Positions 55,131 through 64,000 of a stretch of DNA of 64,000 nt are shown piece by piece. Position 1 is the first letter of the stretch; the number at the start of each line of letters is the position of its first letter. Source of the stretch: Octopus sinensis (Eukaryota); the NCBI RefSeq assembly GCF_006345805.1, contig NC_043006.1, positions 92,132,001 through 92,196,000 on the forward strand, written 5' to 3'. The notes under the pieces were generated by a model, which searched no databases, was not told the origin of the DNA, and saw only the letters and a list, made by a program, of their open reading frames with translations. A program made the translations under genes and the position numbers.

Positions 55131-55689
55131 ATTTGAAGCTATTATTTCAAGTGCTTTATGCCACTAAGATTGAAAACATTAGTTTCTACTTCCTTCTTAA
55201 CATCTCCCTTTGAGACTGGCAAAGAAATAATCTAAAATATATATTATCTATTTATAATGTTTACACTAATAAAGCGGCGACAGCTCAGTCAGAAACAGGA
55301 CGCATATCTGTAATTTATTTTCATAAAATGTTTACACTTATGACACCCACTTTTCTCACTGAGTTGTAGTTGTTCACATTGACAAATACTGTAAACGTGC
55401 TACAGAAGCGTTTGAGGTTTCCGTTCAAAATTATACTTGTTGCTAATATTTGACGTATGCGTGCTGTCAGCTTATAAAATGAATCACAATGAAAGGTAAT
55501 TAGATTATTATACATAAATATTGATTTGTAATATTGGCACAAAACCAAGCAATTGGAGATTGGATATAGCTGATTCAGTCGATTACTTTCTCGTATATTA
55601 CATTATTTTATCGACCTCAGACAAATGAAATGCGTGTTCTTCATTGGCAGGATGTGAACTCGTAATGTAAAACGTTGTAACTAAATATC

Positions 55690-56098
55690 ATTTCTTTATT
55701 GCCCGCAGGGGGCTCTAAAATAGAGGGGACAAACAAGGACAGAGAAACGGATTAAGTCGATTACCCCAGTGCGTTATTGGTACTTAATTTATCGACCCCG
55801 AAAGGATGAAAGACAAAGTCAACCTCGGTGGAATTTGACCCAGAACGTAACGGCAGACAAAATACCTATTTCTTTACTACCCACAAGGGGCTAAACACAG
55901 AGGGGACAAACAAGGACAGACAATCGGATTAAGTCGATTATATCGATCCCAGAGTGTAACTGGTACTTATTCAATCGACCCCGAAAGAATGAAAGGCAAA
56001 GTCAACCTCGGCGGAATTTGAACTCAGAACGTAGCGGCAGACAAATTACCGTCAGCATTTCGCCCGGCGCGCTAACTATTCGGCCAGCTCGCCGCCTC
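55690..56098 (-). mobile_element. SINE family B, multimeric internal unit
   Basis: Junction aaatacctatttctttactacccac at ~55862. Confidence 0.85.
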
Positions 56099-57629
56099 TA
56101 TGTATTTTGTGTGCCGCTCTAGCAGAAAGAAACTTTGGCTTTTAACATAGGCACCAAGCATTAAGATTTGGGAAAGTACAACAGCCACTGAAGCTCCGGC
56201 TGCGTATTTGATATAATATAGTTTTTTTATTTACTTCATAAGACAGAAATTCAACTTCAACTACAGCTGGGTTTGAACTCAGTGCGTAAAGGTCCCTCAT
56301 TAAAACGCGTAAATCATTTTGTCTGTGGTTTTAGCGATTTTGTCCATTCAGGCATTTATTAGAAACAAATGTTTTAATGTGCTCGAATTGCCGGTTTTTT
56401 CTTTGACTTATAATCGATCAGAATAGTTTAACCCCACGGCGCAGTGTTACTGCTATACTGGGAATAGCGTAAATGAAATCTCTACCAGATTCCCGGTAAA
56501 AGGGTTACTGAACAACACACATAGTAAAAGAAGCTAAAATGCTGAGGTTAGCCAACTGATCACGTTGCAGCTTTGTAGTCAAGTGTTTTTATGACTCATT
56601 GGTAATGCTGTTCCCCCATCGCTGTTGTTTACTTTTGATTTTAATTTAAAAAAACGATATCACGATAAAACGTGCTTCTGATGAACCCAACACCACATCT
56701 CATAAACGAACAAGGCTTAGACTCTTGGCAGTTCAGGAAATAATATTTATTCTTGGGACGAAGATTTTACACTGATACAGTCAATGGGAACGATTCAGCC
56801 AATGAAACTGGTGAAAGAGATGAGGAAAGAAACGATCTAGGCGAGCAAGTAAGCTAGTTGAGAAAAAGGCCTAATATTGTTTTACTCCTGATTTTTTTTC
56901 TTTTGTGTGATTCTGTTCATTAGTTTGCCTGCATTGCACAGATAGGGCAGTTGAGGGGAAGGTCTATTATTTTTATTCTTTTTTTGTTGTTGTTGTGCTT
57001 CTATCCATTAGTTTTCCAGCTCCTGAGTTGTATGTGCAACTATTTATTATGTTGCTCAGGAGTTTGGGTGGAAGATAAAGTTAGACACAGGGGACCAAGG
57101 TCTAAAAGAGTGGAATGAAGTCCCAGTCATCGAAAGATTTTGATGTCATCAACTAAGCCCTTTCTTAAAAACTGTTGACTTTGTGTATATATTAAAAAAA
57201 GAAAAAAAACATTAATGTGCTGGGAATACACTCATGCGTATTAACATGCATGTATGTATGAATGTTTACATACATTTCTGTATGAGAAAGAACGTATAAC
57301 TAGTAGGTATCAACTACGCGTGCGTGGTAAGTAAATATTTTTAGACAGGAGACGTAATGGGAAATAGTATAGTGAGAATGATATCACTGAAATGTGATTC
57401 AGTTGCTAAGCAATTTCAAATACAAGCTATATCGATTTTAAGAGCTTTATAATACAGAATGAATTTGCTTTAGCAAATAGATCACTTTAACAGTAATATA
57501 ATTTTTCATTAGACATAGAAATTGATGACTAATTGTAAGATACGTTGTGAAAGTTTACAGGCAATAATATATTCTTCCTCTCCCCTTGTCTTTGCGTACT
57601 TACATTCAAACACAAACACAGAAGCATAG

Positions 57630-57663
<34 letters not shown>

Positions 57664-57747
57664 ATATCGTGACCTTTTTGCTGACCGTTGCTTAGTCCAT
57701 GGGAAGGGAGAAGCAGTCTGTCCTGAGCGCTCCGTGCCAGGACACAA

Positions 57748-57785
<38 letters not shown>

Positions 57786-58559
57786 AGGCTCCTGTTGGTT
57801 CTTCTTGAGGCAACACGTATCTCGGTGTGGCAGTGAAGTGCTTGCCTACACTGACAGATTACTCTAGGACTTACGCAAATACTGAACTGCTATCTTATGG
57901 AAGACTCCAGGAAAATAAATCTTGGCCTATGTTGTCTACTGAGAAAAAGATTTTCAGCTTTAAAGGTAGCTTCCATAATATTCGGATAACTTTTTAATAA
58001 ATGGAAACGAGAGTTGGTTTGGGTCTTCATGCGATTGGGTCTATCTACCTCAAAATAGAGAAAAATACGCACCTTAACGCTTCTATGAAGTGGCATTTTG
58101 CAACTCTGTCCCTCGGCAAAGAGAGAATATAATCTCAACAACAGAGCCTGTCGTTGCTCTCATTGTCAAGGCAGTCATCAATGTATCACAGAAAAAATAT
58201 TTTCTTTCCGTTGTGTGGTACGTCGCTCGTATGCGTACATGAGCGTCGTTGTTGCATAAGTAGCAGCATGCGTGATGCTCTCGGTTGGCTGCGCGAATGT
58301 GTCCTTTGTTAGAACTACACGCTGAGAACAGCAATCAGCAAGGCACCCACAACTGATGAAGCTTCGTTAGTCGTTCACAGACATTGACGAGTCTTTTACA
58401 GAAGAAGGCAGGCAGCACTAAATGTAATACGAACCTACAAACACACATACGCACACACAATCACACACACACACGCACACAGACAAATGCAAATGCAAAC
58501 ACACACACACGGGCACACACACGGGCACACACACAGACATATACCCAACACACATATAT

Positions 58560-58860
58560 AGGTAGAGACATGGCTGGGTGATAAGCTGTATATTCCCCAA
58601 AAACGTGGTTCTGGGCTCCGTCCCACTGCATGGTACCTTAGGCAAGTGTCTTCTCCAACACCCACTGGCTGGACAAAACCTAGAGAGCAGATCCGGTAGA
58701 CGGAAACTGAGAGAAGCTCATCGTATATGTCTATACATATGTGTGTGTGTGTGTATGTGTGTATGTATTCGTGTTAATTTCTTACAGCCGCTTGACAACT
58801 GGTGTTGCTTTGTTTCCGTTACGTAAGCCAGTGATTCGGCTGAAGACACCGATAGAATAA
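58560..58860 (+). mobile_element. SINE family A, diverged
   Basis: ggtaccttaggcaagtgtcttc...gcttgacaactggtg...accgatagaataa. Confidence 0.7.
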
Positions 58861-58868
58861 AAGCGAGA

Positions 58869-59330
58869 GTACACCAGGCACATGCATCACAACCATATGT
58901 GCGCAACATGGTCACCTCATATCAAGATAAATACTGCAAGACCTTGCAGGTGGGGCCCAGTTAGAATTTCCTTCAGGTCGAGTAGCCTATCCCACTCAAA
59001 CGGTTGCTAGATAAGAAATGTTTAAATATGATGTAAAAAAACACCAACGTTTACAGAGGTGAATTACTCGAACCTCAAAGAATTCCTCTCGACACATGGT
59101 TATGATGCTCTCCCACTACTTCTGTGCGTGATCAGAGATACACATATCATCAGCCATTAAGTGATCTGCTCAGCTGGTTAAAGTGAAACAAGTGACAGGC
59201 AAATCTGTGGTATTGAGCAGAATATTTGTTGTGTCCCATGGTTTACTCTAAGACAAAACGTGTACATGATAACACTTCTAATCAGTTAAGAACAGATGCC
59301 ATGAGAGTCAGTGCCTAGTACTGCATCAGG
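58869..59330 (-). mobile_element. Fourth copy of the ~550-bp element, 3'-truncated
   Basis: Reverse complement of 15315-15775 (gtactgcatcagg, gtattgagcagaatattt, gcaggtggggcccag). Confidence 0.85.
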
Positions 59331-59334
59331 TCAC

Positions 59335-59812
59335 CAGCAGCATTTCGTCTACCGCTACGTTCTGAGTTCAAATTCCGCCGAGGTCGACTTTGCCTTTCAT
59401 CCTTTCGTGGTCGATAAATCAAGTGCCATGTACTGGGATCGATGTGATTTTCCCCTATTCCCCAAAATTTCAGTCTTTATGCCTATAATAGAAAGGATTA
59501 TTATTATTAGCTGTAGTAGTAGTAGTAGTAGTAGTGGTAGTAGTAGTAATAGCGTCAGCAGTAGTAGTAGTATTACTATTATTATTGTTATTATTATTGT
59601 TATTATTGATGCGGTGGGCTGGCAGAAGCGTTACCGCGCCATGGGAATGCTTAGCTGCATTTCGTTCGTCTTCCCATTCAGATCCAGTTCAAATTCCGCG
59701 GAGGGAAACTTTGCCTTTCATGCTTTTGAGATCGCTAAAATAAATACCAGTGGAACACTGGGGTCGATATGATCGTCTTGTACCTTTCCACGAAATTGGT
59801 GGTCTTGTGGCA
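59335..59812 (+). mobile_element. Two SINE family B fragments separated by (ATT)/(AGT) repeats
   Basis: gagttcaaattccgccgaggtcgactttgcctttcatcc at ~59365; cagttcaaattccgcg...ctttgcctttcatg at ~59685. Confidence 0.75.
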
Positions 59813-59814
59813 AA

Positions 59815-59892
<78 letters not shown>

Positions 59893-60427
59893 TGTTTGAA
59901 TTTTGCTTTTTATTTGTACAAGTTGACTCCAGGTCTCCCCTAGAAACCTCAAGAGATAAGAAATTTGAAGTTCATGTTGGTGTTATGCCTAGGGTGTCAT
60001 ATATTTGGTTTTGCACAAAGTATCGTTCGAGAGAATGTTTAAGAAAGCAAGAAAATTATGTGTTTGTTTTAAAATTTGAGATTACATAGACAGTATTTTA
60101 CGTATGATATGGGCAGTTCCCACGAGCACTATCTTTTTAGTTTCTGCCATTTTGGAGCTTCCTGGTATCTGTGCTAGGTAGCAATCAATCCCTTTTGCTG
60201 TCATTTCGACATTCTTGTAGGTCTTGACAGACACATTTATATCGATTAAGACAGTCATATCAATGAGGAGGCATGATTTTTGTGTGAAGTCTTTCACTAT
60301 GATGTCCGGCCTGTTCGCATCTATCTTTCTGTCAGTTTGATTTCTGGTGGGGAGGCTTTGGTCTTTTGCTGCAATTAAAAATCCTTTAGTCTCTGTTTTG
60401 AGTCCCGAACTTCTCAAACATAGCTGG

Positions 60428-60468
<41 letters not shown>

Positions 60469-61367
60469 GCATTTAGATTAGCCAAGTATTTGCCATGAAG
60501 GGTCTTTTCTTGCCATCGTTTTATCATGGTCCGTTGCTGTTCTAGTTTTAGTTTGGATATCATTTGTTTCATAGCTTTCGTTGTTTCTTCTTCTTCTTCA
60601 TATTTGTTAGGTAGTATGACTTCTTGTTTGTATTTACCAGCTTACTTAAATACTGAAAACAGTTTTTTGTTTTGGTCGTGTTTTGTGGCTGTTTGTATTA
60701 GTTTTCCTTGCTTCTGAAGTAGATATTTTTGCAGTCCTATGGTGGTTATTTTCTAATAGTTTTCTAGCTGTATAAGGCCTCTACCACCTTCTATACATTG
60801 TATATATAGCCTTTCTATGTTAGATTTTGGGTGATGCATCCTAGATCCTGTCATTATTTTTCTTGTCTTCCTCTCTCTTTTGGTCAGTTCATTTAGTGTC
60901 CAGTTAAGGATATTGTAGCTGTAACTTATAACTGGGACGGCTAAAGTGTTGATAGCTATTATTTTGTTTTAGCGTTGAGCTCTGTTTTTAGTATTGATCT
61001 AACTCGTCTATAGCATTCTTTCTTTATTTTCTCTTTCATTTGTGTGTGTTGTGTCTTATCTAGTTCATTGATTCATAAATATTTGTATGTCTGTCTTTGA
61101 TCTAATTCTCTTAATCCATTGGCTTTATCTAGTGTGATGTTGCTACTCTTAACTAGTTTTCCTCTTTCCAGGGTTGGTCTGGCACATTTTTCTAATCCAA
61201 ATTTCATATATATTTCTTTGGTAAATCCATGTACTGTCTGTAGTAGTGTTTCCAGCTGTTTATCCTTTGTAGCTTATTGGTTTAGCACATACCGTCCGCC
61301 ACTAGGCAACATGGTCAACTGGCTAAGGTTAAACAACTGACAAGCAAATCTATAGTATTGAGCAGAA

Positions 61368-61368
<1 letters not shown>
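59893..61368 (-). mobile_element. Chimeric, internally deleted R4/Dong-like LINE in (TAA)n
   Basis: Minus strand: ~85 bp of the 550-bp element, then RT thumb/linker (DKQLETLLQTVHGFT..MKFGLEKCA...INTLAVPV...GGRGLIQLENY...LHGKY), then a divergent REL segment (RPDIIVKDF..LIDMTV..GTAHIIRKILSM) and a different 3'UTR. ATT tracts on both sides. Confidence 0.85.
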
Positions 61369-61437
<69 letters not shown>

Positions 61438-61752
61438 TCGCTTAAGCAAAGCCATACTATTAACCTGATAGTAGAACTCAATATATATATGCTTGAAACA
61501 AAGCTGTAGTGGAGGACAGAGCAGTGATAAGAAAAAAATATCAGGAGAATAAGTAATTATGGCATGACGTTCATTAGCCTACCGCTGTTTCTGCTATAAA
61601 ATGCAATGCACCCACAGTTGCCTGCGGATCACTCCGTAGCCTCATCGGAACAACAAAAATGAATTACAGTCTTATACACAGAGACAAGCATTACAAATGG
61701 AGTTCCATGACGTAATTTCTTATTCCCAAGTCACTTTCTTGTCACTTCCTTC

Positions 61753-61800
<48 letters not shown>

Positions 61801-62471
61801 AACATATATAGGGGTATGTGTGTCTGCATGTATGTACGTGTGTACGTGTGTGAGTATGTATGTATGTAGTTAATAAGATAGACATTTGTTTGTAGGCATT
61901 GCGAATGTATAACCATGCATGCATACATATACATGAAATAAAAATGCATTACATTTTCAGATATAGATTTTAAGAAATGGAACAACATTTATGGGTGGAA
62001 ATCAAGTCTTATTGTCGTCATCTTGTTTTTGATGATCTAGTCACCAACGAACTGATTTCATTTTCAATAATCAATATTTATAGTTATGTGTTGACAAAAC
62101 AAAGATTTGCACTTTCCTAAGAAACACTCGTTCAGATCAGTCATAACATCCATTAATACCGGAACAAGTATTAGTACCATAAAAGTGTGATCATATGTAT
62201 GAGGGGAACTTATTTTGACCTACATATTTATATACATACGTACATACATACATGCACACCCCCCCCACACACACATATATATGTACATATATTTTTTAAT
62301 AATATATCATTATTATTAATATCAGGAAATTAATATCCAAACTCATCATAAAGATATACCCGTGTGAAAGAACTTATTGTATTAAAAATATATATAAATA
62401 AATATAAAATTATAAATATAATGTATAAAATAAATTTGATAGTTTAAAAGATTTGAATGAACTTTTTAAGC

Positions 62472-62561
62472 ATCTTACGATCGTTTCGCAGAAGACTTGT
62501 CCCTACAATGAAATCCTATATTGATAAGCATTTATAGACAACCTTTCTCCTCTTCAGAGAT
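62472..62561 (-). ncRNA. Type I hammerhead with long stem II, intact core
   Basis: Minus strand atct-CTGAAGA-ggagaaaggttgtc...gacaagtcttctgc-GAAA-cgatcg-TA-agat; palindrome ACGAUCGU; stem II has a few mismatches. Confidence 0.7.
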
Positions 62562-62767
62562 ATAAAATATGAATATTGTATAATACATCGAAAGATAGTT
62601 TTGTTTTTAAATTGAAGTAAAATTTTAAAATGGTGTTTGTTTGAAATGTAAAATAAAAATTGAGAATTACTACTATTGATGAGAGTCTTTAAACACCGTT
62701 TTACAATTTTACTTCAAATCTAAAAAAAAACTATCATTCGATATATTATACAATATTTATATTTTAT

Positions 62768-62857
62768 ATCTCTGAAAAGCAGTAGGATTGTCTATAAATG
62801 CTTATCAATATAGGATTTCATTATAGGGACAACTCTTCTGCAAAACGATCGTAAAAT
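62768..62857 (+). ncRNA. Mirror hammerhead copy with inactivating core changes
   Basis: atct-CTGAAAA-gcagtaggattgtc...gacaactcttctgc-AAAA-cgatcg-TA; G8A and G12A. Confidence 0.6.
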
Positions 62858-63009
62858 GCTTAAATAATTAATTCAAAACTTTTAAACTATCAAATTTATT
62901 TTATATATTATATATATATTTTTGTATTTATATATATTTTTAATGCAATAAGTTCTTTCACACGGGTATATCTTTATGATGAGTTTGGATATTAATTTCC
63001 TGATAATCT

Positions 63010-63225
63010 TTTACTCTTTTACTCATTTAATAGTTTCAGTCATTTGACTGTGGCCATGCTGGAGCACCACCTTTAATCGAGCAACTCGACCCTGGGACTT
63101 ATTCTTTGTAAGACCAGTACTTATTCTATCGGTCTCTTTGCCGAACAGTTAAGTGACGGGGACGTAAACACACCAGCATCGGTTGTCAAGCAATGCTAGG
63201 GAGACAAACACAGACACACAAACAT

Positions 63226-63258
<33 letters not shown>

Positions 63259-63428
63259 CATATATACGACATGCTTCTTTCACTTTCCGTCTACCAAATC
63301 CACTCACAAGGTATTGGTCGGTCCGAGGCTATAGCAGAAGACACTTGCCCAAGATGCCACGCAATGGGACTGAACCCGGAACCATGTGGTTGGTAAGCAA
63401 GCTACTTACCACACAGCCACTCCTGCGC
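63010..63428 (-). mobile_element. SINE family A, full length, minus strand
   Basis: Ends cacacagccactcctgcgc; body gacacttgcccaagatgccacgca. Confidence 0.85.
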
Positions 63429-64000
63429 TGATATTAATATCACTCCCGCTGATATTAATAATAATAATATATTATTAAAAAATATATGTATATATCGCTC
63501 GTATTAACTATATAAACACTTTAATAGTATTAATATCTTTATACAATGGAGCGCTCAATATATATTCTGTATATATAAATGAGACATGGAGATAGATACA
63601 TACATAGAGAGAAAGAGAAAGATAGAGAGTATGAGAGCGACAGATATATCTATATATGTATACAGATAATTAAGGAAACAAATATAGATATACATACAAT
63701 GAATTATTTATGCATGTATGTGTGTATGTATCGTTGTGTATATATGTGTGTGCATGTGTTTGTATACTACTACATAAATATCAGTTTGTACATAGCTTTT
63801 TGTGTGTACACTTCGCAAAATTATTATATCAATATATAAACGCGCATGCACACACATTAATTGAAAGCTTTACAAGTGAGGCATGCATGCACGTTCATCA
63901 AAGCACACATGCACTGTTACACAGAGTGGTATATACGAACGAGTTTGGTATGCATTGAGAAATATTGATCTGTGCGAGGAAATATACTCGGGGCAAAAAA

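Larger units (their letters stand above)
62321..63004. repeat. Large inverted repeat (~315-bp arms, ~50-bp spacer) with a hammerhead copy in each arm
   Basis: 62321-62639 versus 62691-63004, roughly 85-90% identical by eye. Confidence 0.9.

Noticed and set aside
55345-55470. Minus-strand open AG..GT segment (LTARIRQILAT...)
   Set aside because: No recognisable homology; such segments arise by chance in 64 kb.

Overview
This is AT-rich eukaryotic DNA saturated with microsatellites ((TA)n, (CA)n, (TAA)n). The SINE families and repeat mix look like an octopod cephalopod; that assignment is my inference from repeat content and was not checked against a database. No intact multi-exon gene is evident, and almost every ORF in the supplied track is a microsatellite read-through. 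The window holds two abundant tRNA-headed SINE families, four R4/Dong-like REL-endonuclease LINE fragments that all sit in (TAA)n, a ~550-bp TAA-flanked non-coding element in a tandem array, two Helitrons (one with a PIF1-like helicase remnant), Tigger-like MITEs, and one well-spliced candidate exon (18846-18973) resembling the loop B to loop C exon of a Cys-loop channel. The main hidden signal is a set of about 10 minimal type I hammerhead ribozyme or hammerhead-like motifs. The clearest read CUGANGA...GAAA-palindromic stem III-UH. They lie in short non-coding elements embedded in or next to (TA)n tracts. One element is a young 353-bp partial tandem; others are long fold-back inverted repeats, one with a ribozyme copy in each arm. 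This architecture fits Penelope-like or retrozyme-type RNA elements. All folds were read by eye and none has been computed or tested.
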